Both the position numbers and the translations under genes were made by a program. From a virus (taxonomy: Duplodnaviria; Caudoviricetes): DNA of 32,860 nt. The stretch spans positions 1 through 32,860 of IMG/VR virus record IMGVR_UViG_3300017774_002720. The stretch is one strand, 5' to 3'. The notes under the pieces were generated by a model that saw nothing but the letters and a program-made list of their open reading frames with translations, did not search any database and was not told the origin of the DNA. Below, piece by piece: positions 1 through 10,688 of the stretch (positions are counted from its first letter, which is position 1; each line of letters begins with the position of its first letter).

Positions 1-3000
1 CTAAGTGGGGAAACAATTGAGAAGTATGAAGGGGAAGTGCCAAGAAACAAACAAGATGTCTTAGCTCAACAATTAAGACCTGCATTAGAAAGAGGTGTAG
101 ACATAATTGAGAAAGCAAAGAAATTATTTGGCGATAAGTACGTAGAAAGTTTACTACAATATGTAGAAAAAGAAAACTTGCCTCCAGCAAACAAGGCTTT
201 GATTTATGTTAGTTTAGAAAACGAGGTAGCAAAGCAAAAGCTAGAGAACCCAAGTGAGGCTGCTAAAATAGAAAAAATGCAAGACTTGGTAAGAGCAAAG
301 TCGCAGGCTTTTTTAAGAAGCAATTCCCTAGCAATAAACATGGGTAGACTTAGAAGATTTGCAGAAGTAGGATACGATGTAAATAAACTTACTGATAGAT
401 TCTTTTCTTCAAGAGAAATGGAAGACAAGAAGAAAATAGAAGACGCTGTACAAGCTACTGCTGATGACATAAACAAAGAGGCTGAAAGGATAATAACAGA
501 CGAAGAAAATATAAAGGCTAAAGTAGACGAGGGTGTTAGGGAAGAAATTCAAAAGATATACGACAATTTATCTACAGATAAAAAGAAAACTGTAGACAAG
601 AGACTGTCTGTTTTAGATAAAATAAAACAAAACATCTTTAATAAGTATACCTTCAAATCTAAGCCTCAACTTTCTCAAGAAAGCATGAAGTCTAAGTCTA
701 GCGTAAACGACATAATTGAGTCTGGATACAATAAGATATTTAATGCGATGAAGGCAGGGGTTGACATTAACAAGGCGATAGAGATTGGTATTGATTATAT
801 AAAAGCAGAGACAGAAAAAAGTACAGGGGCTAAATGGAAAGACGAAGCTGATTTCAGAAATGATATAACTCAAGAGTTTGCATCTCAAGGATTAATTGAT
901 ACTAAAACTCCAACAAAGGCTAAGACCCCAGTAGATAGATTAAAGTTAGCAAAGCAAAAAGTTAGGGCTCAAATAGAATCATTAAAACAGCAAATAGCTG
1001 ACAAAGAAAGAACTAAGCCAAAGGATAAATTAAAGCCAGATGCAGAACTAGAAGCGTTAATAAAGCAAAAGAATGCCTTGACTTCCCTTCTAGATAAATA
1101 TGTACCAAAAGTAGACGCTTATGCAGATGAAAAAAATGCAAAAGCAGCAAAAGCAAAACTAGAAAAGGAAATATTAGAACTTAACAGACAAATACAAAAA
1201 GGGCAAAAGGATAAGTTTGATAAAAAAGAAAGCCAAGAGAATTCTGATTTAGATGTTTTAAGAGCAGAGAAGGAAGCTAGACAAGCTATATTGGAGGCAC
1301 TAGACCCAACTCCCAAACTATTTATAGAAAACGCATTAATAGAGCAAGGCTTCGGAAGAAAAATTAATGTAAAGACAAAAAATGGAATAGAGCAAAGAGA
1401 TGTATTAGATTGGAAGAAACTTGCTGGGGAAGAGGGAAGTGTAGACAACATTAGAGAAAGAGTTGAAGCTGCTTTAAGAGATAAGGGTTATACAGATGAG
1501 CAAATGCTTAGAATGCAGGATGCGTTTGTAGAAGAGTACATTAACCTTAGCGAGTCAATTGCTGAAAAGGCTCTAAACGAAATAAACGAAAGGAATAAGC
1601 AGGCAACAACTCCCGAACAAAAAAGCGCAGTAAGGAAACTTGTTGAAATGTACAACTATGGACTATTTGACAAAGACCCTAATGCATACGAAACAGCCTT
1701 AGCAAAAACAGTAGGTCTTTCTGGACTAAGTTTAAAAAACTTTGAAAGAGTAAAAGAACTAGGAGAAGCACTTTCTAACTTATTCAACAGCAACTTTGAA
1801 GGTAAGCCTTTAAATGAAAGCCAATTAAGAAGTGCTATTCAGGTTATAGAAGAAAGAATGAGAATAATTCTTAATTCAGAAGCTATGCAACAGGGCGGTA
1901 CTGCTTTTAAACTAAGTGAAATAGTAAAGGGGTACATGGATGCATCTCAAAGAATGTTACTTAACACAGTAAAGCAGGGTATTGAAAACCCTATTTCAGG
2001 GTTACTTGAGAGGTTCTACTCTTCTCTAGGATATTCGGGAACAATTCCCGAACAATTAAATGCCCAGCAAAGAAAGATGGCTAGAGACATTTATAAAGAG
2101 ATGGTTTTGCAAAAAGGATTAGGTTATGGCAACGTAGGTAATGCTTTTATTAGTAAGGGAAGTTTAGACGCATACGTGCATAATATGTCTGACAATGAAC
2201 TAGTACAAGCTATAATGTCTGTAGCAATGGGTAAAACGATATTAGACGCAGTAGATAGTGCTTATAAGGCTAAGATAACTCAACAAAAGTTTACCTTCAA
2301 CCTTATAAAAATACTTACGCAAGACAGGATGGTAAACGGTAAGTTAGAAAAAGGAATGTCTAAGGATGAAGCAAAGAAGTATGTAGCGGAAAAGATATCT
2401 GGACAGTCTTTTGAAGATGCAAAACAAACTGCTAAAAATATAATTCAAAATGCAAACACACAGGCTGGGAAAAAGATTTTTAATGATAGCCCAGAGTTTA
2501 TTAGTAGATTGGCAACAGATATCGTTAATGCCGCATTAGTAAACGGTGAAAAGATAACAGAAGAAATGGTTACAGCCTCATACAATGCCGCATACAGAGC
2601 AGCAGGAAGGGGATTGGGTCACGTTGCTAATAATCCTATATCAGAACAAATTAATACAGTTTCTGGTAAAATAGAAAGTAGAATATCTGATGCCATAAAA
2701 GAAAAGAAATTTGCTAAGGCTACATATTTAAATTTGTATTCTATATTTTATAGAAACATAGCAAATCCATTTGTAGGAGGAGGTACTAACTGGATTGTTT
2801 TAAAGGCGGAAAAGTCAGGTCTAGGATTAATAAGTGGATTGATTTCTATGTATAAGGATAGAGGCTCTAAGATGGACTTGATGACAGAAACAGGGATGAA
2901 AGAGTTGGAGGATGCTATGTATAATAGTATGAAAACTAAGGACAAATTTATTAGAGGTGCTGTAGGTGGAGCTGTTACTGCGTTAGCATTTATGTTAATT

Positions 3001-3876
3001 AAAGCTACGGCAGCAGATGATGAGTATGAGAAATGGATAAAAAAGAACCAATGGGCTAAAAAATACTTAACCATACTTACCCCAGAAATAATGTTGGCTA
3101 TGTTAGCTGCAAAAGAGTCAGGTGCAACTAAAAAGTACTTAGAGTCTTCTTTTAATAAAAATGAAGCATTTGATAAGGGTAGGATGGCTATAAAGGCAGC
3201 TACATATTTAGCTGCTGGGGAAAAAGAGAAAGCAGCAGGTCAAGCAGGTCAATTAGTAGGGGCATCTATAGGGAATCCGATTCCTTGGAGATTAGTAAGA
3301 GATGGGCAGCAAATATGGGTAGGTGCTACAGGGGGCGAGCCATATGCTATAAATCCTGTTTCGCCCAATACGTTTATGGAAGGTTATTTAAAAGGAGGGT
3401 TTGTTGATTATTTGGGATATGCTCCAACATCAGAAGATAAGTCAACTATTGTAGACAAAGAAATTTTTGATTCCCCAGAATACAAAGTCTATAAAGATAA
3501 AGAAATAAAAATGCCTAAATTGCGTAGCAAAGATTCTTACGGGATTCCTGAAGAAATAAGAAAAGACAAAAAGATGACGGATGAGGAATTTGATAAATTT
3601 TCAAAGTCTGTAAAAGAGTATGAATTAAATGGATGGATAGAAGTAGATGATATTGGTAGGGAAAAAGAATATTATGGGTTAAAGAGAATATTGACTGAAG
3701 AATGGAGAATAAAAGAAAAAGGGATGATGGCTGAATATTTTTTAGGTAAGGATTTATCAAAAGAAGATTTACAAAACAAGGTAAACCAATTGCATAGCGA
3801 TGCTGTTGAAAAGGCAAAAAAGGACTTAGGATTAACAGGGGATGAAAAACCTAGAAGAACAATAACTAATCAATAA
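1..3876 (+). CDS. Giant alpha-helical probable internal virion/ejection (cargo) protein, 5'-truncated by the window edge
   Basis: Frame 1 is open from base 1, so GTG37 is probably not the true start. More than 1290 aa, with a K/E-rich coiled-coil N-half and a Gly/Ala-rich hydrophobic stretch (FIRGAVGGAVTALAFMLIKA). Lies upstream of the head genes. Function inferred from size, composition and context. Confidence 0.55.
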   Translation, partial: LSGETIEKYEGEVPRNKQDVLAQQLRPALERGVDIIEKAKKLFGDKYVESLLQYVEKENLPPANKALIYVSLENEVAKQKLENPSEAAKIEKMQDLVRAKSQAFLRSNSLAINMGRLRRFAEVGYDVNKLTDRFFSSREMEDKKKIEDAVQATADDINKEAERIITDEENIKAKVDEGVREEIQKIYDNLSTDKKKTVDKRLSVLDKIKQNIFNKYTFKSKPQLSQESMKSKSSVNDIIESGYNKIFNAMKAGVDINKAIEIGIDYIKAETEKSTGAKWKDEADFRNDITQEFASQGLIDTKTPTKAKTPVDRLKLAKQKVRAQIESLKQQIADKERTKPKDKLKPDAELEALIKQKNALTSLLDKYVPKVDAYADEKNAKAAKAKLEKEILELNRQIQKGQKDKFDKKESQENSDLDVLRAEKEARQAILEALDPTPKLFIENALIEQGFGRKINVKTKNGIEQRDVLDWKKLAGEEGSVDNIRERVEAALRDKGYTDEQMLRMQDAFVEEYINLSESIAEKALNEINERNKQATTPEQKSAVRKLVEMYNYGLFDKDPNAYETALAKTVGLSGLSLKNFERVKELGEALSNLFNSNFEGKPLNESQLRSAIQVIEERMRIILNSEAMQQGGTAFKLSEIVKGYMDASQRMLLNTVKQGIENPISGLLERFYSSLGYSGTIPEQLNAQQRKMARDIYKEMVLQKGLGYGNVGNAFISKGSLDAYVHNMSDNELVQAIMSVAMGKTILDAVDSAYKAKITQQKFTFNLIKILTQDRMVNGKLEKGMSKDEAKKYVAEKISGQSFEDAKQTAKNIIQNANTQAGKKIFNDSPEFISRLATDIVNAALVNGEKITEEMVTASYNAAYRAAGRGLGHVANNPISEQINTVSGKIESRISDAIKEKKFAKATYLNLYSIFYRNIANPFVGGGTNWIVLKAEKSGLGLISGLISMYKDRGSKMDLMTETGMKELEDAMYNSMKTKDKFIRGAVGGAVTALAFMLIKATAADDEYEKWIKKNQWAKKYLTILTPEIMLAMLAAKESGATKKYLESSFNKNEAFDKGRMAIKAATYLAAGEKEKAAGQAGQLVGASIGNPIPWRLVRDGQQIWVGATGGEPYAINPVSPNTFMEGYLKGGFVDYLGYAPTSEDKSTIVDKEIFDSPEYKVYKDKEIKMPKLRSKDSYGIPEEIRKDKKMTDEEFDKFSKSVKEYELNGWIEVDDIGREKEYYGLKRILTEEWRIKEKGMMAEYFLGKDLSKEDLQNKVNQLHSDAVEKAKKDLGLTGDEKPRRTITNQ

Positions 3877-3887
3877 AAATAAAAAAA

Positions 3888-4382
3888 ATGACACCAGTAA
3901 AATTGCCGCAAGAAATTGCAAGTCTTTTAAATGAAAGAATAAAAGATGAATATGCAGCACACTATTATTACAGACAAGTTGCAAACTATTGTGACAATGT
4001 AGGGTATTTGAAAGCTGCTGAATACTTTAAAGGTGAATCTGAAGACGAGCTTAAGCACGCAGAAGGGTTACAAAAGTATTTAACAGACTGGAATGTACAA
4101 CCAGCACTGTCTACTATAGAACCCCCTAAGAAAGTAATGGGTCTTGTGGAAGCTATAGAAAAGGCATATCAAATGGAGTATGACTTGTACGAAGCGTATG
4201 AAGAAATAAGCGCAGAAATTTTTAAAAAAGATTTATGTACTTTTGATTTTCTTCAACAATACAGAACAACACAAAGAATGGCTGTAGCTGAGTATTCGAC
4301 ATTTTTAAATCAATTAGAAACAATAGACCAGAAAGATAAAAACTGGGTTTATGAATTTGAAAAAAGAGCATTTAAGAAGTAA
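3888..4382 (+). CDS. Ferritin (non-heme FtnA-like four-helix bundle)
   Basis: 164 aa. Ferroxidase-centre-like motifs LNERIKDEYAAHYYY, SEDELKHA, AYQME and FLQQYRTTQ occur with FtnA-like spacing. Confidence 0.85.
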   Translation: MTPVKLPQEIASLLNERIKDEYAAHYYYRQVANYCDNVGYLKAAEYFKGESEDELKHAEGLQKYLTDWNVQPALSTIEPPKKVMGLVEAIEKAYQMEYDLYEAYEEISAEIFKKDLCTFDFLQQYRTTQRMAVAEYSTFLNQLETIDQKDKNWVYEFEKRAFKK

Positions 4383-4413
4383 TCACCAATTCCCAAACCA
4401 AAATCAAAAAAAA

Positions 4414-4860
4414 ATGACAGAAGAACAATTACATGAGTTAATCGAAAAAAGAAAAAAAGTCCATGCTAAACAAGCTGCAAAAGTAGAGGAAGTAATTATA
4501 GACGAGCCTGTACTAGTAGAAGAAGAGATAGACGAAGTAGAAAGATTAAAAAGAAAGATTGAGAAATTAGAAACTAATCTTGAAAAGTACGAGCAGAATG
4601 GTATGGCAAAATTGTACTATAGCTTGAATCGCAAAGCCAATGAAATGGCTGACCTGATGAATGCAATAAGTTTGAAAGACCTTGACATTGATGACCCAAA
4701 GAGTAAGTCATTTGACAGGCTAAAAGTAATCTGGCAGGGCGCATCGGAAATCGGAGTTTCCCTAACACAGTTAGGACAAATGGCAGGAGTATTAAAGCCT
4801 GATAAGAAAACAGAGGAGTCTAAACCATTTGTTGACTTAATAGCTCAAGAAAGAAGATAA
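4414..4860 (+). CDS. Hypothetical coiled-coil protein, candidate terminase small subunit
   Basis: Start reassigned from 4351 to ATG4414 after an A/C-rich leader (CCAAACCAAAATCAAAAAAAA). The stop overlaps the terL start (TAATG). TerS call is positional only. Confidence 0.45.
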   Translation: MTEEQLHELIEKRKKVHAKQAAKVEEVIIDEPVLVEEEIDEVERLKRKIEKLETNLEKYEQNGMAKLYYSLNRKANEMADLMNAISLKDLDIDDPKSKSFDRLKVIWQGASEIGVSLTQLGQMAGVLKPDKKTEESKPFVDLIAQERR

Positions 4861-6929
4861 TGCAAATAGAAGTATACGATACCGATATAGAGTTGCCAGA
4901 CGTTTCTGAAGTTGAATCTTGGGGAACTGATAACGCTGAAGACCAATTTTGGAGACGTAAAGAGCTTCCAAGTTTTTTTGAATTAGTAGAGTTTGACAAG
5001 GAAGGTAATGCATTGCTGACATCTCAGCAAATGGAGTATGCCTTTGAAGAAGTAAGAAGATGTAAGGAAGGTTTTTGGTTTATGAACAATGGCATAAAAA
5101 CTTTTATCACAGGGAAGCACTACTTCTACATGACCTATTGGAAGTTGGAGAATGACATATTCCCAGACTACAGAGATACAGACAGGAGATACTTTTTATT
5201 CTTAGACCACTGGGAAAGAACACCTTGGTGTTTAGGAGTGGTAAGGGGTAAGAAAAGAAGAGAGGGTGCAACTTCCCAAGCAACATCAAACCTAGTGTAC
5301 GAGTGTATATTCTATAGAAATAGTTTCTGTGGTTTAACAAGTAAGACACAGACGGATGCTAAGAATGCTTTTACTAATATGGTTGCATTTGGTTATCGCC
5401 AATTGCCTGTGTTTTTAAAGCCTAAGCAGTTAAACAATAAGGATTCAGTTACTGAATTGGTGTTTGCGCATAAGTCTGTTACTGTAAAGGGAAGTAAAGG
5501 AAGTACTATAGATACTGACACAGGGCATAGAAGTAAAGTGGATTACCGAGCACCAGGCAAGAATGCTTATGACTCTGGTCGTATTAGTAGACTATTAGCC
5601 GATGAGTTGGGGAAGTTCCCACCAGAAGTCCCTGCATCTGAATTTATATCAATTGTAAGTAAAACACTTGTGCAGGGGGTAAAGAAGGTTGGGTTCATGG
5701 AATGTCCATCCACAGTCAACGAAATGACAAAGGGTGGTGGTGCTGAGTTTAAAAAGATATGGGAGAATGCAGACCATACTAAGAAGCAAAGAACCCCAAA
5801 CAGAATGGTGAGATATTTTTCACCAGCATTTGATGGCTATGTTGGTTTTATTGACAAATATGGGATGAGTGTTATAGACGAACCAACTCCCCAACAATAT
5901 GATTTTTTAGTAGAAAGCTATGTAGGTATAGGTGACCTTACAGAAGAAGATGTAAGAGGGGGAGCAAGACAATATCTAATAAATAAAAGAGCATCGTTAG
6001 AAGGAGTTTTGCTTGAAGAAGAAATTCGTATGAACCCTTTTGATGAAAAAGAAATGTTCATGTCAGCCCTTCAAGGGAGCATATATAACTCATTTAAATT
6101 AAACGAACAAATTGATTGGTTAAATTTTAATAAAAATTGCGTAGAAAGAGGTAATTTAGTGTGGGAAAACGGGGATGAGTTTTATAAGGAGATAATCAAC
6201 GGGAATGGGAGTAGAGAAATGAAAATAAACAAGTTGATTTGGGTATCAAATCCTAATGGGCTTTACGAAAAAGTAGTGGGGTGGATGCCTAAAGAACCTA
6301 ACAATGTTTATCAAAGAGGAGGATATTTTTCTCCGAATGGGAACTACTCATTGAGAATCGGATGTGACCCGTTTAAGTATGATAAGACAAAAGACAACAG
6401 GAAGTCAAACTGTGCGACATATGTGTATCAGATGGAGGACTTGGAGAATGAATCAAACCCATACAATGATATGTTTGTCATGAGGTATGTAGACAGGGCG
6501 AATACAACTGACTTGCAATATGACCATGTATTAAAGATAGCATGGTTTTGTGGTAGCCAAGTGTTGTTTGAGAGAAACGTAAACGGATGGAAGAAGTACT
6601 TTGAAGACAAGTTGTGTAGTGGGTTTTTAATGTGGATGCCTGGGGAAGTTGAGCCTGGTATCTATACAGATGGGAACGGGAAAACTGTACAGAAAATATG
6701 CGACTACACAGAAGCGTACATAGAAAAAAACGCTGGCAAGGTCTACTTCCCAAGCCTACTAGGAGACAAATCAGGATGGCTAGGGTTTGAGGTAGACAAT
6801 ACACAGAAATATGATGATGCAATGGCGGCAGGGTTTGCACTTATAGCAGCTAAGGCAAAAAGATATTATAAACCACAAGAGTCGACACAGAAAATAGAAT
6901 CAATTATGCCATATAGAGTGGCGAATTAA
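4860..6929 (+). CDS. terL: Terminase large subunit
   Basis: Walker A-like GKKRREGATS, Walker B LLADELGK, coupling motif PST, RNase H-like nuclease motifs IGCDPF and YDDAMAAGFAL. Followed directly by the portal gene. Confidence 0.92.
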   Translation: MQIEVYDTDIELPDVSEVESWGTDNAEDQFWRRKELPSFFELVEFDKEGNALLTSQQMEYAFEEVRRCKEGFWFMNNGIKTFITGKHYFYMTYWKLENDIFPDYRDTDRRYFLFLDHWERTPWCLGVVRGKKRREGATSQATSNLVYECIFYRNSFCGLTSKTQTDAKNAFTNMVAFGYRQLPVFLKPKQLNNKDSVTELVFAHKSVTVKGSKGSTIDTDTGHRSKVDYRAPGKNAYDSGRISRLLADELGKFPPEVPASEFISIVSKTLVQGVKKVGFMECPSTVNEMTKGGGAEFKKIWENADHTKKQRTPNRMVRYFSPAFDGYVGFIDKYGMSVIDEPTPQQYDFLVESYVGIGDLTEEDVRGGARQYLINKRASLEGVLLEEEIRMNPFDEKEMFMSALQGSIYNSFKLNEQIDWLNFNKNCVERGNLVWENGDEFYKEIINGNGSREMKINKLIWVSNPNGLYEKVVGWMPKEPNNVYQRGGYFSPNGNYSLRIGCDPFKYDKTKDNRKSNCATYVYQMEDLENESNPYNDMFVMRYVDRANTTDLQYDHVLKIAWFCGSQVLFERNVNGWKKYFEDKLCSGFLMWMPGEVEPGIYTDGNGKTVQKICDYTEAYIEKNAGKVYFPSLLGDKSGWLGFEVDNTQKYDDAMAAGFALIAAKAKRYYKPQESTQKIESIMPYRVAN

Positions 6930-6941
6930 ATATAAAGAAAA

Positions 6942-9287
6942 ATGCAATATCAACAAATCAGTAGCGCAGGACAGCATCCCTACCCAAACCATGACATAGA
7001 CCCATCGAAGAAGGGAAAAGAATGGTGCATGGAATATGCAAGAGCAGCATATTATGACTGGCAATTTGTGTATCCTAAAGGTATATTCTCTGGTAACGGA
7101 GGGGACTACTCTAAGTTTAGATTATATGCGTTAGGGAAGCAGCCAAATTCGCAATATAAGAAATGGCTAGGGGTGAACGAAACTACCAACAATACTTGGT
7201 TAAGTTTGGACTGGAGCATTAGGGCAATTGTTTCTGGGTACAGAGACAAGGCTATATCAAGACTGATGGCTACTGATTATAACATAGTTGCAACTCCCGT
7301 AGACCAATTAGCTAAGTCAGAAATGAGTCAATATTATGCTGGCTTAAAAGCTAAGTTAGCTGTTAGACAGTTGATGATGAAGCAGAATCCTGAACTAGCA
7401 GAACATCCATTAATTTCTATGCAGTCTGGAGAGCCATTAGATATGGAAGAGTTAGAGATGAGAATGGAGATGGGTGAGCAGTTCAATAGAAGTAAGGATG
7501 CCGAGATGGCAATTCAACTTGCATTGTATCAAAATGATTATAAAACAAAGAGAAGAAGAATATACGAAGACTTATTTGACTTAGGAGTAGCAGGTGTAAA
7601 GGATTGGTTAGGTGATGACAACAAGCCATACTTTAGAGTAGTAGACCCTGAGTGTGTAATAACATCGTTTGATAAGAATGGAGATTTTTCTAATATTGTT
7701 CATGCTGGGGAAATTATAGACGTTCCTTTAATTGAATTGGCTACTGTAAAAGATGACGAGGGTAACATAATGTTTACCGAAGATGATTTGACACAATTTG
7801 CGTCAACAATAGCAGGTCAGTTTGGTAACCCTAGACTATTAGGTTTGGGAACTGGATGGATGAAGCCATACGATAAGTTTAAGTGTAAGGTACTTGACAT
7901 TGAGTTTTATACGTACAATGACAGAGTTTATCGTGATGCAGTAGATGAGCAAGGCAATCCTGACTTTAGAAAGGCAGACTTTTCAAGAGGCAAGAAGTCG
8001 GAAAAGTATACAAGAAAGAAAATACAGTACGTATATAAATGTAAGTGGGTTATAGGGACAGACAAGGTATATGACTTTGGAATGTGTTACGACCAAAAAA
8101 GAGAAAACGAGTTAAGAAATAAGGCTAAAACAAAGTTGTCTTATACTTTTTATGCTTATAATTTCTATCAAATGAAGGCTCAGGGGATGATGGAAAGATT
8201 AATCCCTTACGTTGATGATTATCAACTAACAATGTTGAAGATACAAAACTTTAAGAATAGGGCAGTGCCTTCAGGATGGTGGATAGACTTATCAGCATTA
8301 GAGAAAGTAGCTATGACAAAGGGAGGTCAGGATATGCAGCCTCAAGAGTTATTGCAAATGTTCTTTGATACAGGGGTGTTGTTGGGAAGAAGTGATACAG
8401 ATGGGGGTACACCTCAGAGTGCAAATTGGAGACCAGTAATTCCCATAGAAAATACAGCAGCTAGTGAACTATCAATGTTCTACAATGACTTAGTAAGCAC
8501 ACTGTCTGCAATAGAAAGAATTACAGGTTACAATGATGTTACACTTGGTCAAGCGTCATCAAAGACACTTGTGCCTGGATACGAGAGTGGTCAACAAAGC
8601 ACAAACGAAGCTCTTTATCCCTTAGCATTTGCAGAAGAAAATATAATGTTACGACTTGCAGAAGGATTATTGTGTAGGACACAGCAGGGATTGAAATATG
8701 GGGGAATAAGTGGGTATGCTCCAGCATTAAATTCCAATACACTAAGATTTATGGAGATTTCCCCAAGCATAACATTAAGAGACTATGGGATAGAGTTAGA
8801 AAAGCGTACCACTCAAGACCAAAAGGCATGGTTAATGCAAATGATGCAACAAGATATTGCCAACGGGTTATTAAACACATCAGATGCTGTACTTCTTGTA
8901 AACACAAAAAATGTTAAAGAGGCTCAGATGATTTGGGCATACAGATGCAAGAAAGAAAAAGAAAGACAAGCGGAGCAAAGAATGCAAGAAATACAAGCAC
9001 AGCAACAAGGCAATATGCAGGCTGCACAGATTGCACAGCAAGCAGAAATGCAAAAGTTCCAAATGGAATCGCAATTTGAATTACAAAAAGAACAAATGAG
9101 GATTCAAGGTGAACTAGAAAAAGAAAGAATGAGAATTGAATCAGCGGAAAGAATTGCGATGGCTAGTAACCAAACTAAGTTACAGATATCTAGCGAAACG
9201 GGTAACGCAAAAGAAAACTCATCACATATAACTGGTCAGTCATCTATATTAAAACAACAAATAGCAAATGAAAAAAGAAATAAATAA
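6942..9287 (+). CDS. Portal protein (large, crAss-like type)
   Basis: 781 aa immediately after terL. Portal-like segments DLFDLGVAGVK and ERITGYNDVTLG, plus a Q/E/M-rich C-terminal coiled-coil barrel typical of podovirus portals. Confidence 0.85.
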   Translation: MQYQQISSAGQHPYPNHDIDPSKKGKEWCMEYARAAYYDWQFVYPKGIFSGNGGDYSKFRLYALGKQPNSQYKKWLGVNETTNNTWLSLDWSIRAIVSGYRDKAISRLMATDYNIVATPVDQLAKSEMSQYYAGLKAKLAVRQLMMKQNPELAEHPLISMQSGEPLDMEELEMRMEMGEQFNRSKDAEMAIQLALYQNDYKTKRRRIYEDLFDLGVAGVKDWLGDDNKPYFRVVDPECVITSFDKNGDFSNIVHAGEIIDVPLIELATVKDDEGNIMFTEDDLTQFASTIAGQFGNPRLLGLGTGWMKPYDKFKCKVLDIEFYTYNDRVYRDAVDEQGNPDFRKADFSRGKKSEKYTRKKIQYVYKCKWVIGTDKVYDFGMCYDQKRENELRNKAKTKLSYTFYAYNFYQMKAQGMMERLIPYVDDYQLTMLKIQNFKNRAVPSGWWIDLSALEKVAMTKGGQDMQPQELLQMFFDTGVLLGRSDTDGGTPQSANWRPVIPIENTAASELSMFYNDLVSTLSAIERITGYNDVTLGQASSKTLVPGYESGQQSTNEALYPLAFAEENIMLRLAEGLLCRTQQGLKYGGISGYAPALNSNTLRFMEISPSITLRDYGIELEKRTTQDQKAWLMQMMQQDIANGLLNTSDAVLLVNTKNVKEAQMIWAYRCKKEKERQAEQRMQEIQAQQQGNMQAAQIAQQAEMQKFQMESQFELQKEQMRIQGELEKERMRIESAERIAMASNQTKLQISSETGNAKENSSHITGQSSILKQQIANEKRNK

Positions 9288-9426
9288 GGAGTTGCAAGAG
9301 GTACTAAACTCGATAAAAGACTGGGATGTGCCTGATGGGGAAGATTGTTCTGTGATAAATATAAAGAATGATGAATTCCCAGACAAAAAAAGTAATAATA
9401 TATTTTTTTATTCCGAAAACTGTTAA
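9268..9426 (+). CDS. Small 52-aa hypothetical protein missing from the ORF track (MKKEINKELQEVLNSIKDWDVPDGEDCSV...ENC)
   Basis: Manually translated. The ATG overlaps the portal 3' end and the ORF fills the portal-scaffold gap. Confidence 0.5.
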   Translation: MKKEINKELQEVLNSIKDWDVPDGEDCSVINIKNDEFPDKKSNNIFFYSENC

Positions 9427-9456
9427 TATTTTTACTACACCAAATTCAATTCAAAT

Positions 9457-10653
9457 ATGTATATTAAAAAGTTCTATGACATGGAGGCTTCTGAAGCAGG
9501 GGCATCCACCGAAGAAACCCCAAGTATAGCCGCATTGATGGCTAGAGAGGGAACTAAATCAAGTGCAGAAGGAGCAGACTATGAGCCTGTTCGTTTAAAT
9601 AATAGTGGTTGGGAATCTAAGCCAGTCAAAGAAGAATCTCCCGTTGAGACAACGACAGATGAATCTAACGACAAGCCTAGCTATTCAGAGCCATCGCCAG
9701 AAGAAGAAAATGTTTCTACACCTCAAACAGCAGGCGAAACAGAATCAACCAATTGGCAAGATGCAATAAAAACTCAAACTCCTGATGAAGTATTAAGAGC
9801 ACTAGGGTTTGATGACAAAGCAGTTTCTTTCATAAAGGAATTAAAAGAGGTTGACCCTAAAATGGTAGGCTTCTTAAACACTTGGAAAGAAAAAGGGAAT
9901 GTATCAGATTATTTAAAAGAGCTAAACACCAACTATGCTGAAATGCCAGCCGAAGATGTGATGAGACATCAACTTCGTGCAGAGTATCCTAAAGCATCAG
10001 AAGCTCAATTGGGTATCTTATACAAAAAAGAGATAGTCGAAAAGTACGGCTTGAATTCTTACGATGAAGACGAAGTAAATGAAGGCAAACTTCTTTTAGA
10101 AGCAAAAGCCGAAAAGTACAGAGATGACCTTGTAAGACAGCAACAAGACAGACTACTTCCCCAAGCCCCAGACAAAACTGAGGCAATGTTACAGGAAGAA
10201 CAACGATTAGCTACTATCTCTCAGAACATCGTAAAAGATTTTAACGAGAATCCGTACACAAAAGAAGTTCTTTCAAAAAATGCAATAACTATCGGAGAAG
10301 GAGCAGACAAGTTCAGCTTCCCAATAGATGCAAAAGAAATAACAGACCTTGTTTTAAATGGTGACAAAACAGGAGAGTTGATGTTTGAAATTAAAAAAGG
10401 TGCAAATGGCGAAGAGTCATATGTTCCCAAGACACAACATCAATTACTTGTAGCTACCGTAAACAAGTATGGCGAAAAATTTATTACAGAACTTGCCAAA
10501 CATTATAAATCAATAGGAGGCAGGGCTGCAATAGACCCAATAGACAACGCAAAACCAAGAGAAACCAGAACACCTTCTTCTTCCAATGAAGAACCAAAAA
10601 CAATAGCAGGTGCAATGGCGAAATATGGTAGAGTGAACTCTGGAGGATGGTAA
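9457..10653 (+). CDS. Putative capsid scaffolding protein
   Basis: Acidic, low-complexity N-terminus followed by a helical body. Located between portal and major capsid protein. Confidence 0.65.
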   Translation: MYIKKFYDMEASEAGASTEETPSIAALMAREGTKSSAEGADYEPVRLNNSGWESKPVKEESPVETTTDESNDKPSYSEPSPEEENVSTPQTAGETESTNWQDAIKTQTPDEVLRALGFDDKAVSFIKELKEVDPKMVGFLNTWKEKGNVSDYLKELNTNYAEMPAEDVMRHQLRAEYPKASEAQLGILYKKEIVEKYGLNSYDEDEVNEGKLLLEAKAEKYRDDLVRQQQDRLLPQAPDKTEAMLQEEQRLATISQNIVKDFNENPYTKEVLSKNAITIGEGADKFSFPIDAKEITDLVLNGDKTGELMFEIKKGANGEESYVPKTQHQLLVATVNKYGEKFITELAKHYKSIGGRAAIDPIDNAKPRETRTPSSSNEEPKTIAGAMAKYGRVNSGGW

Positions 10654-10688
10654 AAAACAATATTTAAAAATTATTAAAATTAATAAAA

